Both the position numbers and the translations under genes were made by a program. Of a stretch of DNA of 34,965 nt, positions 19,401 through 27,936 are shown piece after piece. The first letter of the stretch is position 1. Each line of letters starts with the position of its first letter. The notes under the pieces were generated by a model that was not told the origin of the DNA, did no database searches, and saw only the letters and a list, made by a program, of their open reading frames with translations. The stretch comes from a virus (taxonomy: Duplodnaviria > Caudoviricetes): positions 1 through 34,965 of IMG/VR virus record IMGVR_UViG_3300032330_001456. One strand, written 5' to 3'.

Positions 19401-22400
19401 GGGTTACTGATTAGGATATTGAAATATGGGTTTTGCAAACTGTAACCAAGCACAGCAAATCCCGTGCCCGATCGTTGTACGGTCACAGCACTGTAACCCA
19501 CACGATCAAATGGTTGATTTTTATACAGCAACAGTTTATAACTCTCAGGCGGTAACAACAGACTGCTATTGGTGCTATTGGGACTGCTCTTTTCAGTGTA
19601 AATGTTGAGATATTGTTTGTCGGTAAAAGATGCCATGCGATAACACAAACGCACATCTAAATTCTTTAAGTCGGCTGTGAGTAAGTCAGTACTGTTTAAT
19701 CCTGCCAGTTGATTGTAGTCCACAATCCAGTTGATATAGCTGGCTTTGCTGACACCATTGCCGTAGACTTCAACACCGTTGGCATCAAGTCTGTAACGGT
19801 CGTTGTAGAGATACTGACCAAATTCGGTGTTGTATTTGTAAAGGTCGCGATCAGCAAACAAGCTGAAGAATTCTGCGGGCCTGGTCAAGGCCAACATGCG
19901 CATGATGGCAAATGGGTAGCTGGAACTCTTGCGCCATGATGCTTCCACAGGACCGTTGTCGCCGAACACCCAACTCTTTTGCCATTGGGTACTGTCATAC
20001 AAGCCCACCACACTTTCAAATGGGCTTAACAGTTGTCCTTCTGTGCCTGTAGGGATAACCTGCTGTAGGTTGGGTCTAACATATTCAGGACGGATGTAAG
20101 GCACAATAGGATCTGCAACCAAGCCTAGTGCCATGTCGTCCCATAACACCAAGTTATCGCTGGTATATGGAGCAGGGCCGTAGACATCATTCCACCAGGT
20201 GGGTTTTTCACTGAAACCAATCAATTGCCATGGGGTGCTTTGAGGCGAATCAGTGTCGTAAAAATAATTGTAGATACCTCGCCATGCGCCTAACAATGGT
20301 TGTTCACTTCTTGTGGTATCACTGCTTATCTTATTGCCAGCTGCACTGTAGTTCCAAGTAAATTCGTTGTTGGCAAAATAGGTCTGTGATTTGTAATCTA
20401 AATTGTTCCAACCAATCCAGCTTAAGAAACTGGATGATTCAATTGTGTTAATTTCACTTAGTGAATAATCTGTAGTTCTAAATTGTCCTGGCACTACCTC
20501 TACCACTGGTAATGGAATAGCAGATTTGATCTTTAAGTTATTAAAGATTCTTGTTTCAAATTCCAACAAGATTTGATCTCTAATGTCACCAAAGGCCACA
20601 GTGATACTGCCATCGTGTCCTTGTATGACCAGCCTGGGTTCTACATAAGTTTGGTCAAGAAATATACTTGGACGATAGGCAGGATACAGTCCCATTTTTG
20701 TGGGTGTGTTGGGCACATAGTTGCCATATGTAGGGTTGTATTCTTCAATGCGTACCACATCACCCACTGCCAATGGAGCGGTGATAGTCAGGCTAGGTGC
20801 ATCGTTGGCTACAACATATTCATAATTGATTTGTAATAGTACATCATTCAAATACACCAGCAATCCAAGATAGTTTGAACTGGTGAAGTTGTAGGTTTGA
20901 ACCGTGGCAAACACATTAGTGCTGATGGGTGTGATAGTGGTGCTGCTCTGTGCAAACACACTGCCAGTGGGCACCATGTCGCTCCAATAGAATGGATTTA
21001 GGTTGCTGCGGCCTTCCACTATTTCGGCCATTGCGCTGTTGAGAATTTCTGGCACAGTCATATTGCTGTAATCGTTTTGAATTACAGTGTCTAACAACTG
21101 GGTTTTAAATTTGGTGTATTCTCGATCGTTAAAGCTCAATGCGGCAAAAATGTTATAGTCTGCACTGCGCATGAAGTAACCGGCCAAGGTCAAGGGCGAG
21201 CTTTGTTGCACAATGTTGGTGCCGTAACGACCAATGTTGCCCAGATCTCTGGAATTGTTAGCACCATTAATAGGACCAACCAAGGCCAACAAGTTTTCGC
21301 CCATGGTGTCGTAGTGGGCTCTTGTTGTGCCTAGTGTAAAGTAAGGACTATTAACATTTAATGGATTGTTTTCTAAATTACTGGGGACCTGATAAAAGCC
21401 CACGCTGCTGGCCTGATCACTGATCACAGCCACTTCAATTACGTCGCCTGGCACGTAGATATTGCTCAGTGTAATTGTGGTGGAATTACTGGTGGTGGTC
21501 ACGGTATAGTCACCGGGACTAACAAATGCTGACCCCACAAATACTTGAACTGATGGTACAGCACCATTGGGTAGTACCGCTATGTCTAACTGTAGGGGAC
21601 GACCATCATACGTGAATTTGAATTGCTGACGAGTGTACCCTTTGGTTATTGCTGGTTGCCAACCCAGCTCTTTTTCGAACACCGTGCGCGATGCATATTG
21701 GCGCACGGTGCCTATGCTGATGTTGTCAGTGGTGGTAACTTTGTTTTTGACATAGGTAAATGTGTCGGTATAAAGATTGTTGTCGAATACAATGTCGCCC
21801 ACATTGGCCAAGCTGAGATACCGTAAAGCAAAGCCCAACACAGGATCCGTGACACCACTGGCATTTACAGCATAAGAAAATAATTTGCTGCCTAAGAATG
21901 TCGAACTAGGATACTTGATAGGATCGCTGAGACTTACACCAGCTGAGTCGTAGACATTAAACAACGGCGCTTGATTGACACCAGTCTTTTGCTGTGCTTC
22001 AATCCAGGCTACACCGTCATACCAAAAACTTTTTCCTTGCAGTGTTTGACCGCTGAGACAGACCACGGTATTATCATATACTATGTCAGCATCAGTGGCA
22101 GGAGTCAAGTTAATGATAGGTTCTGCAATCAAGGGCGGAACAGTATCTGGTGTAATGAACTGTACCACATAGATTTTGTCACGCACATCTGGATCAGCAT
22201 CTTTGGCAAAGATCACACGAGTACCATCTGTGAAGTTATAACCGTCTGTGCCATAACCAGTACTGCCTTCAATTGTGCTAAATGCATCAGTTACTGAAAA
22301 GTCAATTATGTCAACTGGTTGCTTGGCTTCGGTACCAAAGTCGTACAATCTAGTGCCAGCACGATATTCAAGAATAGGACGCTTGGCTCGGTAGGCATTG

Positions 22401-24439
22401 TCCAGCACCGGTAGGATATTGTTGTATTGAGCTGCTGCATTAATTACATCAATATGGAACCAACGGTTACTACGTGTCCAGGCATTGAGATCTGGGCTGG
22501 CCCGATTGATGGTCAAATAGTCCGGGATCAAGGGTTGATTTAGGCTGGCATCAAAGTTGCCTACATCAAAAGGCACGCTGTCAAATGGTACAGTGGCGCT
22601 TTCTGTATAAGTTTCGGGAGTAACATAATTGGTCACAGGCAGCAATTTGATTGCTACTCCTACACCCTCTACATAATATTGATTGTTGGCATAACTCGAA
22701 GGCGAAACCTGACCAATAAACTGTACCTTGAGACCATTGGTGAATACTACCCCGTTAGGGCTGGTATAATTCTTTTTACCAATAATTTGATCAACATCCA
22801 ACACACCAGCATCAACTTGATCGATTAATCTAATTTGACCAAAAATTTCCGGGTCAGTACCATCTTGATAATACAACACATTCTTTGCAGCAGTTAGCAG
22901 AGGAATTTGTTCAAATACTCCTGACGCATTCTTATACCAATTGGTGCTGGCATATTCAGTGCCATACTTAATAGTGAATTTTTCTAAATTGTTAACAGAC
23001 TCTACACTGTTTAACTGCATGTAATAACTACCGCTGGTGGTCAGTACATATTGAATTTGCCACACACTGTAACGCACCATTGGATCGTCTATGGGTGTGG
23101 TTTGACTAAAAGTTGTGCTGTCGAAACTTCCAATACCGCTGACTACATTGCCTGCTGGCAACAACGGATCAAACTGTGTGGTCACCAACCAACCGCCGTC
23201 TTGGGCATCTGGAATGTCATTAAGAAAAATTACTGTACGGCCGTTGAGATTTCTAATACCATCAATACCGCCATACTCAGCTAGAAACTCATCTACAAAT
23301 ACATTGTTGATTTGATCAAATTGCAGTGTTGCTGCTACCAGATCAACCGAACCTATGTCAGTGAGATTGTAATAAAAACTTTGAGCAGTGGCCAACGGCA
23401 CATTGAAAGTCACAGTGCCAAGATCTTCACCATTGTTGAACACACCCAGCACATCTCTACTGCTGATGTTGGGAGCATATGGTAGTCGACCGTTGACACC
23501 AGGATCTGTTTGAATCCAAAATCCCGGACCTGTGCCAGGCTGACCATTAATGATGTTAAAGGTGCCAGCCATTAAAAATTCGTTTTTGCTGCTGTAGTAC
23601 AGTGTGTCCGGTGCATCTTGGGGCACTGTAAATGTCAACAGTCCTGCACTGGCTCCGTTGCGGCTTACACCACTATTGAAATCGTTATTGACATTGAATG
23701 CTGGAGTTGATTGAATAGTAAATCTGTAATCACCAGTCAACAACAAATTAAACACATAGGTATTGCCGCGTACCAAGGTCAAGGTAGGATTGGCAATGCC
23801 ATCAATTAAAAATGCATTTCTTTCGCGGTTGGTAACTCTAAAGTTTACAGTTTCTTTGGCGTTTTGTGCAACTTGAAATGTGTAGTTGCCCTGACGTACC
23901 AAGGTCAGTGTGGGATTGTTACCTTCCACACCAGAAAATGTGTACACACCATTTTCTCTTGTGACCACAAAGTTGTCAGTCAACGGAACTTCACCTGCAA
24001 ACACATCCACTGAATCTGGGCCAGCAGGCAACCAATAGTACTGACTGTAGTTGACCATCTTGTCAAAATCAATGAACGGATCCCAAGTATAGTAATCGCT
24101 GGTAAACAGTCTGTCGGCTCTGGTGGTATTTGCGCCTTGTAAGTTCAAGGCATCAATCATACCAGGATATGTTATGGCGTTCTTGATCTTTTGTACATTC
24201 TCTGGATCCAGACTAACCACGCCTGGTTCCAATTGATAATCTACTCTTTCGGCAGTGGGTTCAGTGACATACTTGTCGTTGGGATTGACCCCAGGCCCAA
24301 CACTGCGTCCTACAAAGCCTTGAATGGTTTTGAAGTTGGGCTCTTGAACCAGCTGATCCAAAGTGGCGCCCAACACCATTTTGTTGGTGTCAGTTTGGAA
24401 AATCTCTGGCAGTAGTTCTACTGTGCGTACACTGGCCAT
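10418..24439 (-). CDS. Giant (4673 aa) multidomain baseplate wedge/receptor-binding structural protein (gp7 position)
   Basis: Uninterrupted 14-kb ORF coupled to the gp6-like gene by TAATG. LLPEIFQT N-terminus, YITEVKPYHVQI motif, FG-GAP-like repeats, two WQPNxxYxxG modules, and repeated small beta-sandwich units (e.g. GDGSTVSY...VVVNNVVQ...DY). Confidence 0.8.
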   Translation of the reverse strand: MASVRTVELLPEIFQTDTNKMVLGATLDQLVQEPNFKTIQGFVGRSVGPGVNPNDKYVTEPTAERVDYQLEPGVVSLDPENVQKIKNAITYPGMIDALNLQGANTTRADRLFTSDYYTWDPFIDFDKMVNYSQYYWLPAGPDSVDVFAGEVPLTDNFVVTRENGVYTFSGVEGNNPTLTLVRQGNYTFQVAQNAKETVNFRVTNRERNAFLIDGIANPTLTLVRGNTYVFNLLLTGDYRFTIQSTPAFNVNNDFNSGVSRNGASAGLLTFTVPQDAPDTLYYSSKNEFLMAGTFNIINGQPGTGPGFWIQTDPGVNGRLPYAPNISSRDVLGVFNNGEDLGTVTFNVPLATAQSFYYNLTDIGSVDLVAATLQFDQINNVFVDEFLAEYGGIDGIRNLNGRTVIFLNDIPDAQDGGWLVTTQFDPLLPAGNVVSGIGSFDSTTFSQTTPIDDPMVRYSVWQIQYVLTTSGSYYMQLNSVESVNNLEKFTIKYGTEYASTNWYKNASGVFEQIPLLTAAKNVLYYQDGTDPEIFGQIRLIDQVDAGVLDVDQIIGKKNYTSPNGVVFTNGLKVQFIGQVSPSSYANNQYYVEGVGVAIKLLPVTNYVTPETYTESATVPFDSVPFDVGNFDASLNQPLIPDYLTINRASPDLNAWTRSNRWFHIDVINAAAQYNNILPVLDNAYRAKRPILEYRAGTRLYDFGTEAKQPVDIIDFSVTDAFSTIEGSTGYGTDGYNFTDGTRVIFAKDADPDVRDKIYVVQFITPDTVPPLIAEPIINLTPATDADIVYDNTVVCLSGQTLQGKSFWYDGVAWIEAQQKTGVNQAPLFNVYDSAGVSLSDPIKYPSSTFLGSKLFSYAVNASGVTDPVLGFALRYLSLANVGDIVFDNNLYTDTFTYVKNKVTTTDNISIGTVRQYASRTVFEKELGWQPAITKGYTRQQFKFTYDGRPLQLDIAVLPNGAVPSVQVFVGSAFVSPGDYTVTTTSNSTTITLSNIYVPGDVIEVAVISDQASSVGFYQVPSNLENNPLNVNSPYFTLGTTRAHYDTMGENLLALVGPINGANNSRDLGNIGRYGTNIVQQSSPLTLAGYFMRSADYNIFAALSFNDREYTKFKTQLLDTVIQNDYSNMTVPEILNSAMAEIVEGRSNLNPFYWSDMVPTGSVFAQSSTTITPISTNVFATVQTYNFTSSNYLGLLVYLNDVLLQINYEYVVANDAPSLTITAPLAVGDVVRIEEYNPTYGNYVPNTPTKMGLYPAYRPSIFLDQTYVEPRLVIQGHDGSITVAFGDIRDQILLEFETRIFNNLKIKSAIPLPVVEVVPGQFRTTDYSLSEINTIESSSFLSWIGWNNLDYKSQTYFANNEFTWNYSAAGNKISSDTTRSEQPLLGAWRGIYNYFYDTDSPQSTPWQLIGFSEKPTWWNDVYGPAPYTSDNLVLWDDMALGLVADPIVPYIRPEYVRPNLQQVIPTGTEGQLLSPFESVVGLYDSTQWQKSWVFGDNGPVEASWRKSSSYPFAIMRMLALTRPAEFFSLFADRDLYKYNTEFGQYLYNDRYRLDANGVEVYGNGVSKASYINWIVDYNQLAGLNSTDLLTADLKNLDVRLCYRMASFTDKQYLNIYTEKSSPNSTNSSLLLPPESYKLLLYKNQPFDRVGYSAVTVQRSGTGFAVLGYSLQNPYFNILISNPSGKKQRIEAGGSSVLVPIEYTKNVAQIPYGYVFANATMVVDFLLSYGALLASQGLMFDGVENGYVLNWNQMAQEFLYWDNQGWGDGAIICLNPAAAILSVSRPQSIVDSVVVMTPESLVLDQNRQVIPARDLVITRLGNDFSVRTVTNQIISFLDVKFTSYETMVVLDNVSIFNDLIYNPATSARQGRIYVRATVSAEWNGQLDAQGFILNNLSTIQEWQPNKKYTKGEIVLYKRNYWSAQDIVQPTAEFNSSQWVKSDYTAIQGGLLANLPNKSNELANSYDTNNANFAVDQNLFAYGLIGFRPRQYMSALDLSDTSQVNVYQQFIKDKGTILSVDLFGNANLGKEVAEYYVRENWAILQATYGANANKSFIEFQLNQALLRANPSIYQVIEPAQTSLADQTVLYSKVWRTSLPLSSPDIFTTIYPEITDTALPTAGYVNIDDVDITVFNLASNLNLDAATLETVGIGTTIWAAKINDYDWGIYRCSPVPGRVESVTSNLNGTSSVVFSQTHNLSVGAVVILKYVDTQVDGVYRVLAVPSINTITIDLTFTNTIVVDQGLAYFLQTQRVSQASDVINLPYAKSLVPGARVWVDNNGSGHWEVLEKQAPFVEGAVLSAIVPVANSGFGSAITQGQNNISALIGSPTNGAAGAVYTWLRDQNNQYIETNILTLGTTGAAGYGNAVKIGTNTWSVAGASASNSSQGYAAVIYRPAQSNVFDQRQLLVAPDQNFSGGEFGYDVTISQDERWMYIGSPGHNTVYAYGRVDIDENQYVTYVGDGSTVSYNFSDSIAVTNGEQLTVVVNNVVQVYGVDYSTTTTNVVFTTAPVQSLTILIRRRTSYQLDKNTYYSISQDATSGGGSGAKFTVTNLRGVYTTTLVNGGTGYANGNTVTIYGVNIGGVTPANNLVITVTAVDGGAITGFTTAGVGISNTSIFTITPYLATISDIFSFSVTVNGALQRPFQDYSFNTDSALYADEIVFNTVPAAGAIIVVTALSYFQYVEAITVSGLSSTARFGASVSTTTDGRQILIGAPNDDTTNYANSGAVYAFDRSVIRYIVSDPTTLTYALPAGWQEPVSVLLNNEFLVNSAQFMDGMFSVVGNNVVLSSSLMLAVGDILEIESNIFRQVQKFAAGSPTQSAGFGTVINVCPTNCSVYASSPLDSSVLPDAGSVDRRTNQARLYGVITSTIANPSLTAGNTILVNNTPVTVPNAPDNTVDGLAAAIIAAGVPNVTATVSNGYLTISVINLAAADEFNRLSVLPGVSGTAFADLGFEPYTFAQNIVSPNPVDFAYFGQSLNIDSSALTLVVGAPGGTTAIPTTFDNGTTYFDAHSTNFFKYIVEGGAVYTYDYLPSANSSVSNPGKFVFGQEVYDNAMVPGDQWGAAVNYTSGRLLVGAPGSDLGDSSLNYGRVASFDNPTLRPAWTPIHVQQPVVDVYLINSVFMFDRLQSSATEFFDWFDPLQGKILGAARQNINYIGAVDPAQYNSGLVNNNGNFWGEANLGQIWWDTNSVRFIDPNQDNLAYAARRWGQVFPGSVVEVYQWVQSTVPPGAYTGPGVPRDTVSYTQLSGLDSNGIINTFYYFWAKDITTVQTTLGKTLSTTGIARYIEEPRSSGIPYVAFLNASTVAIYNGLPYISAQDTILHIDYEQQATINNIHQEFELIGQDVADSFLSSNLYRKLQDSFCGVDTAGAVVPDPNLSPAERIGVQFRPRQSMFVDRFMALQNYLQRANTIFLQYPMVENRSLALLNSREPEPTAASGEWDLRVANLEELSFQNLYAVPIGYTYLVVSDSSQDGLWTIYSVEQVNSVRYTELVRIQNYDTRNYWYHVTWYLPGYNQSQKPITQVPNYASLATLDVPVGSSVKVTANGQGKYEIYLLTNVGWQRVALEDGTIQISESIWNYSVGRYGFDREAFDTQYFDQEPVIETRRIIQAINEQLFIDDLAIERNRQLILMFQFILSETQAPEWLTKTSLIDVAHKIRGLIPFQVYRQDNQTFVLDYITEVKPYHVQIKEFHLVYNGEDDYAGSITDFDLPAYYDTALELPQYVSPVLLPYTHSTAIGTGTANTNSDTPADSNLWTQLPYTYWYNNYLLTVEDVNMIDGGVGYLGAAPIIEVTGTCVSPAVLVPNVNSAGQVASVTIVDPGVGYSETATITFVGGSGAGARAAAVMGNNLIRQFKTTIKYDRYQYQTTIVDWQPNVSYDNGTQVRYDDRVWSANSSDSTAVESSTFNPEQWLLVAASTLSGVDRTMGFYLPTPNEPGLSLPLLIDGVEYPGVQVSAPTYGQNTGFDVGNFDINPFDNIAYDENGLPTYDPGILDATYSSSYLDIYLGTRPTDINVDGGGYIDVFSSYAPEELIPGSEFDTMDFKVFTRPGADWTGAGHGFAESLVGFEYLTGGPTFSWANQVPYPVNIVVSNETTGIDLCRDVDYTVDWAAQTITVINNASNGDAINITVYSIGGGNQLQRENYTGADISGSVIIPVSYSEISQIAVFVNGDNFTNFTYAASGYNLTEVTFNVTFAATDFISLTAIGLTTVNSVTTDYGWSTAQTQIITSDGSLTYTLTNSLEYTNPDNLVVTVNGVRARTSAGAEYYADGSVGYLLPERLGFSQGLIADNQVHVYVNDIPQQLNVDFIVEPYVVGLPRSIDFSVPPAVGARILVCVDAGTDCYVNGDQLTFNSGSEPAPGDCVCVTTWNDTRQQNILTQVIVGPYNGANNLILERLVADPNRLWVTLNGNRLFYGEGYLINGYELVLPALLNSTDVVMITEFTDSIVPDAMAFRIFQDMRGVQAVYRMTPATTTTVSQAVEQYDDVIHVTNAAALSEPRPEANIWGIVMIEGERIMYRVRDVNTNTISSLLRGTAGTAAAQHPVGAEVYDMGRGNLLPAAYQNTVVYNTFLADGSQTLFVASNLELAYDDSTTVEEAVEVYVGGILTSTGYSITGDNPVTVQFVTAPPSGVEVTILVRQGLSSWYEPGVGTPSNGQPLQITETIPARFLRGL

Positions 24440-27400
24440 TAAATTACTCCACTACCAGGAGCAGTGCGTATGTTGGTACTGGTCAATGCACTGATAACTT
24501 CAATGTTATTAATTGTAGCAGCATTAACAAAAATCTGATTAGGTGCTGATCTTATTTCGTAAAGGTCACCAAAACTCTTCTGTGGGTTGATAGGTACCAA
24601 TACCACTGAACTGACCACTGTGCCTATTTGCTGATGAATATAAGCTGCCAGTTCTGAAAAATAAAATGTGGTGCCAAAGTCCCATTTGTCAATGGTAAAA
24701 TAATCGTTTATTGTGGTTACTACCAAGTTTTTTACCTCGCTGTCAGTGGCCACAGTGTCAAATGCTTTGATAACTTTGATGGTGGCACGCAGATCAGGTG
24801 AGGCCTTGTTACCAAACAAAGGTTTGAACTCCACCGAATTCAAAATCATAGTGTCGCTTAACATTTTATAATCTTGCAGCGCACTGTAAGCAGTGTTCAA
24901 CTCGTCAATGGTAGGAGGAGTAGGTTCAGCCACTGTGCCAGTGACATCTCTGATATAGTTTTGATACTGAATATAGTATTCTTGTGTGACCACATACACA
25001 TCAATGATGTTTGTTGTAGCAGGATCAATTCTGCTGGTCAATGGACTGTTATGACGATATTGGAAAGCCAAATCTTGGCGACCAACTCGCGCAATGTAAT
25101 CAGTAAGCAGTTGTAGGTATCTCGACCCGTTTGTGGCAATCAACAGTTGATAAAAGGTTCCTGTATAGGTATAGTTGTCTATGGTAGTGGTTTGGTTGTA
25201 GGCATAAAAAATTTGTCCCGACACATATTGTAATTTAACTAGTTCAATGGCGTCCATGGTTGCATAGTCGGAGTTTACAACACCGCTTTCAACTAACACA
25301 TAACGCTCAAGATTGTCAAAATCCACTATGCGTTTAAAGAACACCAGTTTCTGTGTGGGATTTACATCGGGTGCTACAATTTCATTAAAGAAGTCTGGAT
25401 CATCGGGCACACCATCGCTGTCTGAATCTTGGAATGTTACTAGTACCTGAAAATCATCCACATAGCCATCACTTAGCACAGGTTGGCCTGCAATGCGCAG
25501 TCTAATGTCAGTGTTCTGAGGCAGTGCACTGTCGGGACGATTGTTGGTTTTCAGTACATTTACAAAGTCGCGAATCACTGTGCCTGTTCTACTGTCAAAC
25601 ACTGGTTCGCCACCATAGAAGAAAAATCTTGTCTGTAACACACTGCCAAAGAAATAATCCAAGGCACGCGATGTTACTGTGTAGGTGACACCATCTGTCA
25701 CAAACTGCACCAACCAACTAGCATCGTTGTTGACACCAGCGGTACTGCCAGCATTGACCTGACTCCAAGCGGCGTCTTGATCTAGGTTAGTACTGGTGAT
25801 CAAGTACCAGGTACCAGCTGTGCCTGTAATAGTGCCCAGGCTGTCATACCCGATACCAAAATTGCGTTGAAGCAAAATTTGTTCGGCCATGCTCTGCTCA
25901 AATGCAGTGGGCAAGTCTGTAACAAATAGTGGTATTACTTCACTGGCTATGGCGCCAGTGGGTACAAAATTATTCAATGTCACAGGACCCACACCATTAC
26001 TGAAGTTACCCTGACCTTGGTTGGTTCCATCTAGCACTACTGCTGTGGGACTGGCCCAAATAATAAGTTTTTGATTGGGTTCGGTTGGGGTGCCTACCAC
26101 CAATCTATTGTTGGCATCAAAAAAGTAACCAGCTGGTGGGACAAATTTAACTAGACTACCAACTTGAATGTATTTGAGATTGCTGCTGTTGTAAGGTCCA
26201 ATGCTCACAGGGTTGCCAAGAGTATTGACAAAATATCCAGTAGTTTCATTGGCCAATGTGGTACTTTGGTTCCAGGTAGTTGGCAATGTACTCAGGCTGA
26301 TTCGAGGAAAATAACCATAATAAAACTGTTGCATCTCGTATCCAGCCAACACAGGTTGTACCTGATTCACAATTACATTGTTAATTTCATTGTTGGTGGC
26401 AAAAGTAAACAGAAATGTGGGCAGTGTTAAGTTTTGATACAGTGCACCATCGCTGGCAAATATATTAGTGCTCGAGTACTTGCTGGTTGGATCAGCCAAT
26501 TCAAGATATCTACTGGTTCCAATGGCACTGCGATTCAATGCTGTACTTTTGATAATTGAGTTATAAGCAGTAAATGGAAAGTTTGTGTAATCCTCACCAT
26601 TGACCATGCGGTTTTGTGTGTAGTAACGAGCTGGGGCACGTTGTTTGATTTCATCAATGGCTTCACGAGGTTGCGAGTTGCTCACTGGTGTAGTAATACC
26701 GCAGGTGAAAGTAATGGTTTGTAGCTGGCCTGTACGACTTACATAGCTGATAGGCACTTGCACTGCCTGCATTTCTTCTGGATTGATAATGTATTGCAGG
26801 CCATTGCTGGAACGAACATAGCAGCGGAATTGACCCACTGGAATAGCTGAAAAAACGCCATCACCAAAGTTTAAAGTGATCTGATCATTGGTTCTGCTGG
26901 AGGTGCTAAAAATAGTGCGTGGTGACGTAATCTGTTGTTGTGCGGCTGCTGCGTAAACACTGTCTACATAGGTCCACTCTTTAGAAATACTACCCACATT
27001 GTCCAATTGATACAACCAACGGTCGGTGTTGTTTATACCATCGATGTTGATGTCTACTGTGCGATTGCTCACACGTTCTGCTAGATTAAAATCTTGATTT
27101 TGTAGTACGCCTTGTTTGAAATAAAAGAAATAACCAGTGTTGGCGCTTTCAAAACCCAGTTGATCGTTACGGAACAATACATTGAATTCGCCGTTGGGTT
27201 TGGGGCTGGGTTCGTACACAAATTCTTTGTTGATAGCAGTGCTAGAACAAACTTCAAAAGGCATGCTGATACCATCAACTGTGGCAGTATAAGGTATTAC
27301 TGGTAGAAATCCTGGCACTAGATTTATGGTGTATTCATCTGTGCGCACACCCAAGATAGTGGTGCGATTGGCTGGGCGGCCTACACGCTGACTGTCTACC

Positions 27401-27891
27401 AAGCTGGCATTGATTATGGCAGTAAACTGTTCTTGCCAATTGGGGTTGGTAGGATCAGCCCAATTCACAGTGACATTGGCCAGGTTGATCCCGTTGATGT
27501 CTGTGACATTCTCTGTGGTTTGTACCGAAAAAACTTTTAAGTAGCCTGACGCAGCAATGTTACGCTTGGGAGTGTAGCTCACAAGGTTGGCAAGACGAAC
27601 CACCGAGTCTCTACGTTCTGCTGTGTCTAAGTAATTTTCTCTTGTGTTTAGATCATTTCTAAACGCCATGGCTTGCCCCATAAATGCCATGAGGTCCAGC
27701 AGGGCAATAAATTCGCTAGATTCAATGTAGTCATTGAATGTTTCTGGATAGTATTGGCGCAAATAGTCAACAAAGCTCTTGCGCAAGGTTTCAAAGTCAT
27801 AGCTCTGAAAGTCAGCTTCGCGGTAGGTTTGGTAGATTCTTCTCCAGTCTTCTACCCCGAAAATTGCAGTTTGTCTAGTGGATTTGGCCAT
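24439..27891 (-). CDS. gp6: Baseplate wedge protein, T4 gp6-like
   Basis: 1150 aa. SYDFETLRKSFVDYL...FNDYIESSE...ENYLDTAERRDSVVRLANLVSYTPKR, LNFGDGVF, EAIDEIKQRAPARYYTQNRMVNGEDY. Confidence 0.9.
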   Translation of the reverse strand: MAKSTRQTAIFGVEDWRRIYQTYREADFQSYDFETLRKSFVDYLRQYYPETFNDYIESSEFIALLDLMAFMGQAMAFRNDLNTRENYLDTAERRDSVVRLANLVSYTPKRNIAASGYLKVFSVQTTENVTDINGINLANVTVNWADPTNPNWQEQFTAIINASLVDSQRVGRPANRTTILGVRTDEYTINLVPGFLPVIPYTATVDGISMPFEVCSSTAINKEFVYEPSPKPNGEFNVLFRNDQLGFESANTGYFFYFKQGVLQNQDFNLAERVSNRTVDINIDGINNTDRWLYQLDNVGSISKEWTYVDSVYAAAAQQQITSPRTIFSTSSRTNDQITLNFGDGVFSAIPVGQFRCYVRSSNGLQYIINPEEMQAVQVPISYVSRTGQLQTITFTCGITTPVSNSQPREAIDEIKQRAPARYYTQNRMVNGEDYTNFPFTAYNSIIKSTALNRSAIGTSRYLELADPTSKYSSTNIFASDGALYQNLTLPTFLFTFATNNEINNVIVNQVQPVLAGYEMQQFYYGYFPRISLSTLPTTWNQSTTLANETTGYFVNTLGNPVSIGPYNSSNLKYIQVGSLVKFVPPAGYFFDANNRLVVGTPTEPNQKLIIWASPTAVVLDGTNQGQGNFSNGVGPVTLNNFVPTGAIASEVIPLFVTDLPTAFEQSMAEQILLQRNFGIGYDSLGTITGTAGTWYLITSTNLDQDAAWSQVNAGSTAGVNNDASWLVQFVTDGVTYTVTSRALDYFFGSVLQTRFFFYGGEPVFDSRTGTVIRDFVNVLKTNNRPDSALPQNTDIRLRIAGQPVLSDGYVDDFQVLVTFQDSDSDGVPDDPDFFNEIVAPDVNPTQKLVFFKRIVDFDNLERYVLVESGVVNSDYATMDAIELVKLQYVSGQIFYAYNQTTTIDNYTYTGTFYQLLIATNGSRYLQLLTDYIARVGRQDLAFQYRHNSPLTSRIDPATTNIIDVYVVTQEYYIQYQNYIRDVTGTVAEPTPPTIDELNTAYSALQDYKMLSDTMILNSVEFKPLFGNKASPDLRATIKVIKAFDTVATDSEVKNLVVTTINDYFTIDKWDFGTTFYFSELAAYIHQQIGTVVSSVVLVPINPQKSFGDLYEIRSAPNQIFVNAATINNIEVISALTSTNIRTAPGSGVI

Positions 27892-27909
27892 AGCAGTGTG
27901 TTATTCTTT

Positions 27910-27915
27910 TATTTA
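27910..27915 (-). promoter_or_regulatory. Late-promoter-like TAAATA
   Basis: AATAAATA in the AT-rich gap upstream of the gp6-like gene. Confidence 0.45.
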
Positions 27916-27936
27916 TTGATAAAATAAACGGCTTAG

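Noticed and set aside
10418-24439. Intein or intron explaining the giant ORF
   Set aside because: No Hint-type splice motifs or homing endonuclease signature was recognised. The length is explained by repeated structural modules.
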